From Vicugna vicugna (taxonomy: Eukaryota): a stretch of 64,000 bases of DNA. This document shows, piece after piece, positions 1 to 12,060 of this stretch. Numbering within the stretch: the stretch's first letter is position 1; each line of letters opens with the position of its first letter. The notes beneath the pieces were generated by a model. The model was not told where the DNA came from. It worked only from the letters and a program-made list of their open reading frames with translations, and searched no databases. The translations under genes and the position numbers were made by a program. Location: the NCBI GenBank assembly GCA_013265495.1, contig MU058781.1:3078158-3142157 (forward strand), in the 5' to 3' direction.

Positions 1-136
1 CTACTGCAATGTAAACTCCTGGGAACCATGAGGCATGTCTGTATTTCCCTGACACTTCACAGAGATTTGAACATATTCAAACCAATAATTCTTTGAGCAA
101 TTAGGTATTGTGGGATGTTTAAATGCAATACCTTAC

Positions 137-179
137 CTGCAGACACAGACATATTATACCTGATAGTTTTCAGTAGAGG
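137..179 (-). other. Candidate 43-nt internal exon of an unidentified minus-strand transcript
   Basis: Minus strand reads ...tttgac(branch-like)...cccctttcttacag|CCTCTACTGAAAACTATCAGGTATAATATGTCTGTGTCTGCAG|gtaagg. Acceptor and donor both match consensus well; one frame is open (PLLKTIRYNMSVSA). No protein recognised. Confidence 0.35.
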
Positions 180-1253
180 CTGTAAGAAAGGGGTGCGAGC
201 CTTGGCGTCAAACCCAGTTTAGTTCCCAAAAAGCAAAGTCATTTCCAAATAAAGTAAGGCAAGATGTTGCTAAGAAGTTCCTGAGTCACTGTTAGAATGT
301 GTCTACAACAGAAGGACCTGAGACTTTTCTATTGTGTCTCCAAGGAGACTTCCCACTTAGGAATTGTTGAAAAGATGAGAGTGCCAGGCAAGAGCCTCCC
401 AGGGCCTCTCTAGCCCGTGTAGCCTGTTAAAAAGATGAGCAAGTGAAGGACGTCACTGTCCTATCTCCCAAGGGCAAACCTAGTCTCTCTTAAACTTTTT
501 GACGCATTAATTACCCAGGGACTCTGTCTTATTCAATTTTTCAAAGAACCGGTTTCCTAATATTTGTAACCCTATGATTAAATCAATGTTCTGCTCTCCC
601 AAAACACCCCTAATGAAATAACACCTCCTATTAAAAAATTACAGTAAATATCTTACATTTTTAAAAACATCTATTTAGAGGGAGTTGGATCTGGCCATCT
701 GTTGCCACATAGTTAACTAGTAAAGTAGTAAATACAATATGAGGACATAAATCTATTTCCATTCACTGAACTCATCACGGGGCCTAATGTGACGGCACAG
801 AATTACTCATATTTTAAATTTGCATTATTATAAAGGCTAATTCTGGGATACTTCATTTATTTTTTGATTGCCAAACGACAGATTAAAATAAGATTCAGTG
901 TTATGGGGTTTTTTTTTTATCCATTATGGTGAAGAAAATATGCAAATTCATGTGAGATACATGGCAGGATGAAACGCAGTTTGTACATATGGGACTCCAG
1001 GAGCAGCTGGTTTTCTTTTGCTCTTACTTTAGTACATTTTTTAGAAGCTTGGTATTTTAAGATCTCAGAGCCCAAGATTCTCTCCTGCCAATAGTTTTGG
1101 TTAGAATATAATGTACCACCAGGCTTACCTACCACCAGATCTAAGAAAAGACAAGAGATTCTCAAGTATTTTCATAGATTTGGGGGGCAAGAAACCATTC
1201 ATCAATTTTTATGTTAAAATCAGTGAAAACTAAATAATTAAAAATAATTACTA

Positions 1254-1375
1254 CATTCAGCAATTATTTATTAAATGCTCAGTCTATGCCAGGCATTATT
1301 TGAGGAGGTAGAAAGACAGTGATGAACAATATAATCATATTCCCTGTTCTAATGGCTCTTACAATCTTAAAGGTC
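1254..1375 (-). mobile_element. LINE-2 3' end fragment
   Basis: cattcagcaattatttattaaatgct...tgccaggcatt...gatgaacaa...ccctgttctaatggctcttacaatct matches the reverse complement of the L2 3' terminus. Confidence 0.75.
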
Positions 1376-3335
1376 ACCTTAATCAAACACTCAAGTAATG
1401 TTTGAAAATTTTAAAAAAGACTATTGTCTAAAGATCCTTTTTTCTTTAAAATGTATATAAAATATTTTAACCAAACAGGAGGTTTTTCCTCCAACTCTTG
1501 GCTATAAATTTTTTTTAACTATACATATCTTTGTCAACAGAAGAAAGTATTGGTTGTGTAGCCAACAATGTCTTTATTTTTCTTTTCCTGTTTACTTATA
1601 TATTGAAGGAAAAAAGTGAGATTTTCTTCTGTTGTCTTAACAAACTCCTCATTACCATTTACAGATTTAAGATAGTCTAGAATAAGAAAACAGTCTTTCT
1701 ACTTCTGCTGAAAAAGCGTACTCTGTAAAGCCTGAATCCTTGCTTTCAGCAGCCTCTGATAAACCAGGTGCTGGATCATGTCCACCAGCTGACACTTGCA
1801 GTGGTCCTGGCATCTGCACCCTCCATCCTGCAAAAGTTTCCACTCAGCTTTGAAAAGCGTTAGACAGCATTTGTCATTGGGCAGATGTGGGCTCAGGTTC
1901 TAGAGAAAATCAGAAATACCTTGTGCATATTATAATCAGTTCTATTACTCCATTTTCACATGTGGAGTTTCACATAGTCTGAGTAAAATCCCACCCACCC
2001 ATTAAATAGAGTTATTTAAACAAAATAGACGTTTATTTTAAAGTTTGTTTTTGTTTTGACTGATCATTCATACTGTCTTCTCTGACTTAAGAACATAAGA
2101 AATCTCACATACTAGTTATGTAATCAAATTAATCTTTACCTCCTTCTTCTTGCTCATCCATAGACTGAGGAAATAAGATACTGAGTTGCAGAATAATAAA
2201 GATTCTTAGATTCTTTAGAAAAGGAAGAAAACCAGGTAGGATTATTTACATGATACAGCTTGTTGAAAAATATCTTCTTTAATACATGGAAATAAGAAAT
2301 TGTGACCCATACTTTTTCCACAGAATAGCCAATGGGCTCCCAGAGTAATAATTTTCATTCATTTTTTAGTAAAACAACTCAGTTTGAAAGTTAGAAATTT
2401 TCAAACACTCTCCCCTGCCTCCACCATAAAGATGAGCATCATATGCATATAGTATTTGTGTTTCATATTCATTGATTGGTGGAAATGGTGAAGAATTGAG
2501 TAATATGCAGACTTTTTGTACTTTATTCAATATAGCAGTATTTGCATACATCTGAAGAATAATAGCATGGACACTTTTGAGATTTATTCAGACTACAGTT
2601 AATATCTGGTATATACACATGGATGGGATGACTGCCTCTGATAACTCTGTGGTCCCACAGCAGTTCAAACAGTGTGGTATGGAAGGTATAAGGGGGTTTC
2701 TCAGAACTGAGTAATGAATGGATCCTTTTAAAAGGAAAAAGTATATATTACTGATCCCTGGAATTAAATTATTTTTATGTACACATGCAACATAATAGCT
2801 ATGTTAAACCTGTACACATGCAAACCTGGTTATAAACTCTTTACACTCAGAGCCTTTGTCCAACCATAAAATCAAAATAAGTTAACAATCAAGTAGCAGT
2901 TACAAAATCAATTAAAATCAAATTAACAAAACTAATTTAATGTGGCAAAACATGTTGTTGAGCTGAAATTAAATTACCATTCAAAGTGTGAATATGGTAT
3001 TGACTTTTATGGGAACGGGGATTTTGATTTCAGAATGCCTATGCATTTCAAGTGCGAGGTGATGGTTTTCTGATAGAACAAATAATTTCTTCTTTGGATT
3101 TACTTGGTGCAGATAAATCATTGAAGTATTAAGTTCATCTTATAGTTCTTATTAATATTACTTGTCGCTATTGCTAAAGAGATTATATTAATTTTTAGAT
3201 TATCATCTGAATAAAAGCATCAAATCAAATCAATTCCTATAATTCGCAGAATCTTAAAAACATGTCCAAGAACTCCCCCACCCCTATTCTTCATGACCAT
3301 GGACACCTGTTTGAAACCAGTGCCCTAGAAGGTAG

Positions 3336-3724
3336 TGTTAAAAAGCAAAGTTCAACTGAGTGCATCTGCAAATCTAATTCAATTTATTCAACAATTCGTG
3401 GTTGGGTAGCATCCCATCCAGCAAACAGAAAGGAGCTCCAAAGAGCTGTACAAAATGGGAGAGTTACAGGCAGAAGGAGGCAGGGACTAGGAAAGAGTGG
3501 ATTACCTCCTCTTTCCTTGGGGGATGAAAGGGGTCTATCAGGCAGTTTACCTCACTAGTGCTGACCTAAAAATCCCAGATTGTCTGGTTAAAGGTTACAT
3601 GCCTGGGAGAGGTGAAACCTCAAATAGGTTAGGCATTAAGTCGGTTTGCTGACATGGGACTAAGCACAAGGGACACAGCGCATCAGGCACATTTTGGGCC
3701 TGTTGTCTTTTTTTTTTCTTAACA
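3336..3724 (-). mobile_element. Solo LTR, ERV1-like (MER-class; subfamily not assigned)
   Basis: Termini TGTTAA...TTAACA; flanking 4-bp TSD gtag (3332-3335) / atag (3725-3728); AATAAA near the minus-strand 3' end. Confidence 0.75.
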
Positions 3725-3994
3725 ATAGTAATCTTGTTCTGAACCTGTACTATGTGAAAGGGTAGTCTGTACAAAAAGCATCAAGATTTGAAATTCAGTG
3801 ACACATTATAAAAAATTAAAATGCATTTTGGTTTTCTACATAGTATGTTGCAAGTTCACTACTAACCCATATTGTTCCTTTGTGCAGATTAAAACCAGGA
3901 GTCCCTCCCAGCAGCCACAGTCCCAAGCAGAGTCCTAACCACAGGGGCCAACAGGAATTCAGCAGGATTTGCCCACTGGCTTGGTGCCTTCATG

Positions 3995-4030
3995 CTCTGA
4001 CAACCTGCACAACTGTACATGGCCGACCCA
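3995..4030. mobile_element. MER91-like (hAT-Tip100) terminal fragment
   Basis: acaacctgcacaactgtacatggccgaccc resembles the MER91 terminus (cacaacctgcacaactgtacatggcggccctg). Confidence 0.5.
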
Positions 4031-4406
4031 GTATATTAAAAAGTTAAGGAGGCAAGAATCCTCCTCTTCATTTCATTTTCTAAAGAAAGAAATCCTGACT
4101 CTCAAATTGACTTATTAGCTAAGCTAAACCTCTTTGAAATGTCATATTTACTTCAGTTAATTAAAGCAAATGAACTGAGAGATACTCTATGCAGTTTCCC
4201 TTGGGAAATTATTCCTGGTAACCTCATCTTAAATAAAAGACACTTCTACCCATAAGTTCCATTTCCACTTATTTCCCTAATTTCATTGCATTCTTCCCAT
4301 TTTGTTCCATTTGATACAATTGACCAAGTAGTCAAGCTCTAATTTCAAGTCCCTCACATCTTCTTGATTACTTTTTATTTATTGAAAAGACTATTTCCTT
4401 GATATA

Positions 4407-5270
4407 TGCAATATTGTGATTTATAAGAAATATGTATTTGGTCATTTGGATGGCCAAAATATATTTCTCATACACATGTGGTCTTCATCAAACATTCCTG
4501 ACTCATAGCTCCTAAAACCCTTGGAATTTCCTGTGGTAAGAGCAGTAAGATATCTTTCATTATATTAATAAGGCGACTTTTAGAAAGTCCTCAGGTAACG
4601 TAAGGATGGGGGCTGGTTATACACCAACCATGTGATTAGAGGGTTGGAACCTTCCGTCCTACCCCCTCCCACTTTGGGAAGGGAAGAGAGGTTGCAGATC
4701 GAATACATCAATGGCCAATGATTTAGTTAACCAAGCCTCCATAAAAACTCAGAAGGAGAGGGCTCAGAGGGCTTCTGGGCTGGAGGAGATTTGGGGAGAG
4801 TGGAGATGTTGGAAGAGTGGCACACTCAGAGAGAGCATGGAAGCTCCACGCCCTTCCCACGCACCTTGCCCACGCATCTCTTCTATCTGAATGTTCATCT
4901 GTATCCTTTACCATGTCCTTTTATAATAAACTGGTGATCCAGTAAGTAAAGTATTTCTCTGAGTTCTGTGAACCGCTCTAGCAAATTAATTGAACCCAAG
5001 AAGGAGGTTGTTGGAATCTAATCTATAGCCAATCAATCAGACACATAGGTGGCAGCCTGGGCTTGTGACTCCCTCTGAAGTTGATGGGAAGTGAGGGGTG
5101 AGGGGACAGTCTTGTAGGACTGACCCCTTAACCTGTGGGATCTGATGCTGTCTCCAGGGTAGATAGTGTCAACACTGAGTTGAACTGTAGGACACCAAGC
5201 TGGTGAACAAGCATTGCTTGCTGGTGTAGGGGAAACTCCCTTCCCCGCATTGGACCTGGTCATCAGAATC
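4407..5270 (+). mobile_element. MER21-family solo LTR
   Basis: Diagnostic segments: agctcctaaaacccttggaat, aggatgggggctggt, tgattagagggttggaac, caatggccaatgattta, aagcctccataaaaac, ataataaactggt...gtaagtaaagtatttctctgagttctgtga, cccttaacctgtgggatctgatgct. Confidence 0.9.
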
Positions 5271-8200
5271 ACTGATTTACTATATGATTGGGATTGGAAA
5301 GAAATGTTTTTACTATCTTCTCTGACAGTGTTTCTTCAGCAGCAATACAGGAATATATTTTTCCCCTCTCATTTGCTGTCTCTTTCTCTGTATGTATATA
5401 TATAACTTAATTTAAATAAAGTGCCCTTTTCTTAGAGCATTTCAAACAGGAATACATCCCAGAGAATTATATAATACTGTTATCTTGACTATTACTCACC
5501 GAGCTTTTAAGTGCTACTTACAGGTCATTTCTCAGGGTGCAAGCCCACCCTGCTCTAGCCCAGAGAGGGGAAGGGAAGAGAGAAATACATCAGGAACCTA
5601 TGGCAGGGAACTCTCAGATGACACCTGGAGGTAGAAATCAGGAAGATCAAGGGTTTCAAGAACCTGACTGTATTTTAGTCTTATTGTTATTGTTGCTTAA
5701 ATATTTAAAGGATTTGATAGGTGTATGCCTATTAAAACCCCAATATCTAGAAGATAGAGCAATGGAAGCATTCCATTTTGGGTGAGGAGGGGGTGTCGAG
5801 GGAGAGAAAGAGAGAGAAGCCATTCCGTTTTGCATGTGTAAACACACATACCTAAACATTCTGGCAGTGGCAACTTTATGTATGAACATCAAGGCCTGAT
5901 ACACAGAAACAGATAATTGCTGTTATGCGATTGTGAGTTTATATAGTAAATCCTCTCTTCTCTAAGCTTCAGACCCAGAGGAATTATGCAGAGGCAATTT
6001 TACTTAGTGGATTATGGCCGTTTATCACAGAGTAAATCTTTGCCAGATCCCTGCAAAGGAATAGAGCATTAGGCCTTCTACCTAGAGTCAAAGCCTTGGA
6101 TATGTCCCTAATACCTCTATTTGCATGCAGGATGACCTCCTCAGGGCAAGCAAATAAAGAACTGCACACTCAAGGCAGGGACTTTATGTGCTGCCTTCCT
6201 GGTGTTTGCACACATTCATTCAAGCTGCCTAAAGGTTGTCTAAGCACATCTAAGCAAAAGTTATGGAAAGGGATCTCCAAAACTCTAAAAACGTGTACAA
6301 ATCTTAAATGGATAATTTCTGAAATACTGGAGTGCGTACTGGCTCCATGCTTCATCCCTGTCATCCCCTAGGAGGGCAGATAAACTGGGCAAAGGATCGG
6401 GGAAAGACATATTTTTGTTCTAGCTCTTTCCCCCTCAGCTACAGAAGGACCCTTTGCACAATTTGGCACTCATGCTATCCTCAGGCAAATTGCTGGAAGT
6501 CACTCATGAAAAACTGAAATCTTTCCTTCCAACGAGGGATGTAGAGGCCTCGTATTCCTTGTCACTCTCCTAGGGAAGACTGAGGGACTTGAAGAAAGGA
6601 AATTAAATGAATTCTTCAAATATTTTGGTGTCCCTACTGAGTTCTGTACGTGAACTTGGAGGCTGGTGGTTCTGAGTCTTTCCCTGCTTGTCTCCCACAT
6701 TCTGCATCTGGGATGATTCTGGCTTCACTGTGAGTTCCATGTTCTGTGGTAACTTTAGGGTGGAGAATCCAGACCCCATGTGCACCTGCTGTAGATGACC
6801 AAGTTTATGATTGTTCCTTCACTACTAAATATTCATTCCACCCAGTACCTGAGCCTCTAATGACAAAACCATTTTCAAATCAACACTCACTCTAATAAAG
6901 AAGTGAAATGTTTGGCAAGCTATTTTCCCAACAGGCCCAACAGGGGTTCTAGGGTTGCCCTGTCCAAAAGAACATTTTCTTCAAGCTTGTCCACTGTTAG
7001 CTAGACTTTTCATTTGGAAGGAACAGAAAAACTCGATATGGCAATATCGATGCATGGGAGATCATTTTAACAAAAAGCATAGCTATAGGGAGGCAGGCAG
7101 TCCAAGATCAGTCACTGTCTGTGCACCTTCATGGTGGGTCCTCCAGGACTGGGCAGTTCTTTCCCATCTCATTGGATGGCTCTGTTTCTGGCCATCTCTA
7201 CTTCTTCCTGGAGGGAGCTACGCAACAAATTCTTAATCTTCTCTCATTACCAGCTAACTGTTTATTTGAAATTTTTCCTTTCAAAAATTCCAAGAGAAAG
7301 AATGTGTTTGTCCTAACAAATGAATATTGACTCTATTGGGGATGAGCATTTGTACGAAGTCATCTTATAGATTTCAGGTCACCCTAAGGTTTAACAGTCA
7401 GGCGCCCTTGCTTGGTCCAGTTCATTAGATCTGGAGGTTAAAAACAGGGCACAGAGCACGAGTCCCTGCACAGCGAACTGCCTATGGCTTCTTTCTCCAG
7501 CAGGGCATGTGGGCAACCAGTGTCCTCAGAGAACACGTTAGATGTAGCAAGTACCATGACTGACCGTACCATTATACTGACCTTCCAGTATAATGTCAGA
7601 CCATAAGAAGACTGTATTCTTTAGGATGAAATATAATCAGCTTGTGTTTTGAATCCAGTTTCTAGGACTATTTCTAATGTTTGCATGTAGGTTTGTAGTA
7701 TTGAGGATATGGCTAAGGTTTTTCATAAAAATATTGACTGACATAAATTTTTTCCACCTAAGTCTATAAATCTAATATTTTACTTTTCATGAGCTTGAAT
7801 TATGGTGGCACACGGGATAATTACAGGAAAAATAGTAATAACTTTACAAGTAGTAATAAATTTACAAGAACTGAAAGAGATGTGTTTGGCCTTTAGGGAA
7901 CACTGGCTAAAGCTGGATAGTGGCCAGCAATAGAATTTAAAAAGAGGACTGCTATTAATTAGACAGGCAGAGTAAGAGGAAAACAGAAAATAATGACTCT
8001 GGATGGCACCCTGATGATAGGAAATGAGGGTCTGTGTAGCTATCAAAAAGAAAAATTGTTCAGTAGACATAGTAATTATCTTAGTGCCTATTCTTTTATG
8101 AGATATATAGCCAGCTGGAAACTCAATTGGGAGATAGAGAGGGAAAAAAAAATTTGTACTCAATTTGTTTCATTTTTGGAGTGACATCATTGTAAATAAT

Positions 8201-8954
8201 CTGAAAAAAATCAGCTGTGAATGTTTTGTATGAACTATGATGTCCTGTAGTTAGTTTAGCCATGTTTTAGGCAAACACTTTGAGTTTACATGCCTTGTGA
8301 GAACGTCTGAGCTGTTGACTGAAAAGGGAAGGCTGTCAAACCCTGTTGCTTTGCTTGTGTATCGCTTGCTTGATGTCAGGAACCTTGGTTTCAAGTCATC
8401 TCTTTGCATCTGTTGCCCAGGTGGGTTGCAGCAAATGCCCAGACTTTTTTGTGCTGTGCATCCTGGCAGGTAAGTAGGAATATGCTGATCAGAATCTGTG
8501 GGGGTTCATATGCCTCACATTTATAGAGGTCAAATCCACTTTGGATTAGCGTTGGTTCAAAGTGTAAAAATTATATGTGACAACGTTTATTTTTCAGTGT
8601 GCTCATTTAAAGACTTAAATATGCCTCTTTGCTCTCTCTGTGCTCAGAAATACCTGGGGCACAATGACAGCTGAAGTGTAATGGTGAGGTAACAGAGGCA
8701 CAGAGAATGTGAGTGGGCTTTGCCTGTGTTCTTAGGATAGTGAGATAACTTTATCTTTAAACTTATTTTGGTATAGTCCAAACTTCATGGATTTTTCAGC
8801 GTAATAAACGCATATATAATAAACGCATGATGTACTTGCTGCTTTGGTAAGCAAATCCATGGTAGATTCCAAAATAACATTTTTTTAGCCTCAAGGAGCT
8901 TTTGATCATATTGTGGAGAAAGGCGATCATTAAAACCACAGTTGCCATAGCAGT

Positions 8955-9125
8955 CAACATTTATTGTACGCTAAATGCTTTACTTCTATTTCTAACCATA
9001 TACAAACATAAATTACTATCTCATTTTAGTAAGAGTGAGCAGGGTTAAGTGACAAGCCCAAATAACCAGATTCAGAATTCGAATTCAGGTTATCTGAATT
9101 TAAATCCACATTTTCCTACTATATC
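8955..9125 (-). mobile_element. MIR SINE (degenerate)
   Basis: caacatttattg...tgctttac...ctcatttta...ggttaagtgac...ccca...gaattcaggttatctga follows the reverse-complement MIR layout. Confidence 0.6.
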
Positions 9126-9265
9126 ATGCTAAATAAATAAAATAGTCTGGGTAATTACCCTAGAAGTTCAGAGAAAGGAAAGAGCAACACAAGAGATTAG
9201 TCCTACACTTGCTTGGCAACTTTTCTGGGAGATAATGCTAGAATGAGTAACACAAACACATACAC

Positions 9266-9420
9266 TATGAGATAGATATATATATATATATGTGTGTGTA
9301 TATACACACAGACACACATATATACACACATATACATGATATATATACACATACACTTATACACACATACATGATATGTACATATACATGATGATATAAA
9401 CATACATGCATGTATATTAT
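9266..9420. repeat. Compound (TA)n/(TG)n/(CA)n degenerate microsatellite
   Basis: gatagatatatatatatatatgtgtgtgtatatacacacagacacacatatatacacaca... seen directly. Confidence 0.9.
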
Positions 9421-9438
9421 AAAGAGAAAGAGAAAACA

Positions 9439-9690
9439 GGGGGACAGGGGTTGGGGAGGGATAAATTGGGAGTCTGGGATTTTCAGATACTAACTACTAT
9501 ATATAAAGTAGACAAACAACAAGGTCCTACTGTATGGCATAGGAAACTGTATTTAATATCTTGTAGTAGCCTGTAATGAAAAAGGATATGAAAAGGAATA
9601 TACATGTATAACTGACTTACTGTGCTGTACACTGGAAACTAATACAATGTGGTAAATAGACTATTCTACAATTTTTTTAAATTAAAAATT
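9439..9690 (+). mobile_element. 5'-truncated LINE-1 3' UTR (cetartiodactyl/camelid type)
   Basis: G-rich tract then aacaacaaggtcctactgtat...actgtgctgtacactggaaactaatacaa and an A-rich tail. Perfect 17-bp TSD aagagaaagagaaaaca at 9422-9438 and 9691-9707. Confidence 0.92.
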
Positions 9691-10310
9691 AAGAGAAAGA
9701 GAAAACAAAATTTAAATACTTCCTAGGAGTTTATAGTTTAAGAAGAAATACAGTACATATCCATTAAGAAATGTATTTCACCAGCAGACGAGGACTGGAC
9801 CTCACCAGTAGTAATTGCATACGTTGCCATCAGACGGAAGAGGCTACTGGAGCCCACCTCCTTTTGTCTTGATTGCTATTCCATAGAGAGCTTTACACAG
9901 GGCAATAAATAGAAGTGTATGCATTAAGTGGACATATAAGGGTAGAGAGGGTTTTTTTATGTTTTGCTCAGGAAGGAAATTCCTGGCTGTCTCAAAGCAG
10001 AGTAGCACAGGGTTGACCAAATCACTGCAGACCTGCCAAGCCAGTCACTATATGCGGCAGAAAAATGGAAGTTTCTGGTTTCTTCCCTTGGGTTGAAGTA
10101 ACAGTACTTTTACAGTGTGTTGAGTCAAGATTCTGTGGCATTGAAAAACTAATTTAGAATTTTTTTTTAGGATCTGGATGTCATCAAGAAAAGATTCTTA
10201 AGGCAAACCTTAATATACTTTGTTTAAAATAAACTGTTTTTTCCTTTGCCAATATGTTTTTATTCATTTATTTATATTATGGTTTATATATATTTAACAT
10301 ATATTATTTA

Positions 10311-10557
10311 AAATTTTTTAATTAAAAATTTTTAATTTTAAAAATTGAGTTATAGTCAGTTTACAATGTTGTATCAATTTTCAGCATAGAGCGCAATTTT
10401 TCAGTCATATATGAATATACGTGTATTCATTTTCATGTTCTTTTTCACTGTGAGCTACCACAAGATCTTGTATATATTTCTCTGTGCTATACAGTATAAA
10501 CTTGTTTATCTATTCTATAAATATCTGTCAGTATCTCCAAATTTCAAACTCCTAGTC
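10311..10557 (-). mobile_element. 5'-truncated camelid-type LINE-1 3' UTR
   Basis: ttgagttatagtcagtttacaatgttg...tttcactgtgagctaccacaagatcttgtatat is the reverse complement of the L1 end also seen at 19287-19694 and 56861-57012. 17-bp TSD ttaacat(a/g)tattattta at 10294-10310 and 10558-10574. Confidence 0.92.
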
Positions 10558-10626
10558 TTAACATGTATTATTTATATTACTTTCATTTATATTTTTATCC
10601 ATTAATCATTCATCACGGCTTTAGTT

Positions 10627-10700
10627 ATTCATTCATTCATTCATTCATTCAACAAACATCTGTTGAGTTTCAACTTTATGCAAGGTAGTGGGGGATATTT
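10627..10700 (-). mobile_element. LINE-2 3' end with expanded (ATTC)n tail
   Basis: (attc)n followed by aacaaacatctgttgag, the reverse complement of the L2 terminus. Confidence 0.7.
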
Positions 10701-11939
10701 CACTGGTTGTACTCATCCTCTTGCTGATGTCTATTTTGACGTTTCTGGAAGTAATTCTGTCTTGACAAAACAGCCCTTCAAAGGTCAAGGGTTGCATTGT
10801 GCTCATTGCAGTATAGTAGTTTTGAGATTTTAAAACCACTAGTCGAAGGGAAAATAAAATCTTTTCTTCTTAATGCAATTTTCTCTCTGACTTTGGGAGC
10901 TCAAAATGTATCAACATGATGATGAGAAAGACTGCAGATTCTTCCAGTAAATAGGGCACTTGTTATAATGGTCTGGGTACGTAGCCTTTAGGGTCTTAAA
11001 TATAACACATTTCGATTATAAAGGAATGTGACTGCTTTTCTTATGCTCTCATAAACCGATGGTAATCCCAAATGAGGAGCTTCTAATTTTTTCTTCTGTG
11101 TGTGTGTTTCAGCAGTGCCAGCATTATAAATTCATACTTTCTAAGGTGACTCTTTTGAATAGGAAAATATTTCTAAATACAGATTCTGGTGTTTTGTTAA
11201 TAATTTCAAAGCATCAAATACAAGGCTTGAAGCAGTCTGGAATGTGATGTTTGTTACATGATTGGGTTATAAGGTTCAGAAATCAGTACTCAAGTAAGGA
11301 GAGTAGGAAGAGGAAAAAAAACCGAATTCCCTGTTTCTGAAAAGTGTCAGTTGTGAGTGGTTGTACATATATGCTTCAGGTTGGCTTAGGATCAATATTA
11401 ACTGACAGATTCCCTTACCACACTATTTGGAGTACTGAAGTGTCAAGGAAGCTGCAGATCTGGAAACTGCTGTTCTGAAGTTGAGTTCAAAGTGACAGCT
11501 GTTTCCAGGTTACCAAAGCAAACCCCTTCAGTGCCCACTATCGTCAGTCTTGGTAAAAGTAGTCATTTTGTCTGTCTTTTTTTTCCCCTCCTACTTTTGA
11601 ATCACTTAGCTAAGCTGCAGTGACAGAAGGCAGCATACTCAAATTATGGTCATATATAAAAATATTCCAGCTATGAAATCACATGTTTCAGAACTCCCAA
11701 GTTAAATCATCTACGGTATGAGATTTGGGAAACAGAGTGTGGGACAGACAGCACGTCCGAACTTCTATAACTGAGGGAAAATTATAAGTTTTATATAAAT
11801 TCAGAGAGGTTAGGAAATAAGCTGTTAAGGTGTGAGCGAAGTACTACTACCGAGGAAAATATTTCAATTAGTGAGGCCGTTGAAAATCAGGACTATTTTC
11901 CAACTGTCTGAAAAGAGGTAATTCGAATGGACAGTTTTT

Positions 11940-12060
11940 ATAGAATATTGGAATAGACAGGAACTTAGAGGTCACCCCCTCATTTTACAGTTGAGGAAAT
12001 GTGACACAAGAAAGCAGAAGGCTGAATCAGGAGTTGAGGCCAGTCTTTGATGCAGAGTGG
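11940..12060 (-). mobile_element. MIR (MIR3/MIRc-like) fragment
   Basis: atagaat...ggaacttagaggtcaccccctcattttacagttgaggaaa core. Confidence 0.7.

Noticed and set aside
940..947. Octamer ATGCAAAT as an immunoglobulin or snRNA promoter
   Set aside because: No downstream leader/V exon, recombination signal or snRNA sequence. A single 8-mer is expected by chance.
3888..3962. Possible tRNA-Glu-derived CHR-like SINE head on the minus strand (gtggttaggactctgc)
   Set aside because: The similarity is short, the B box is poor, and there is no tail or TSD. Too weak to call.
9168..9403. Tyr/Val/Cys/Ile-rich ORFs
   Set aside because: These are translations of a TA/CA microsatellite.
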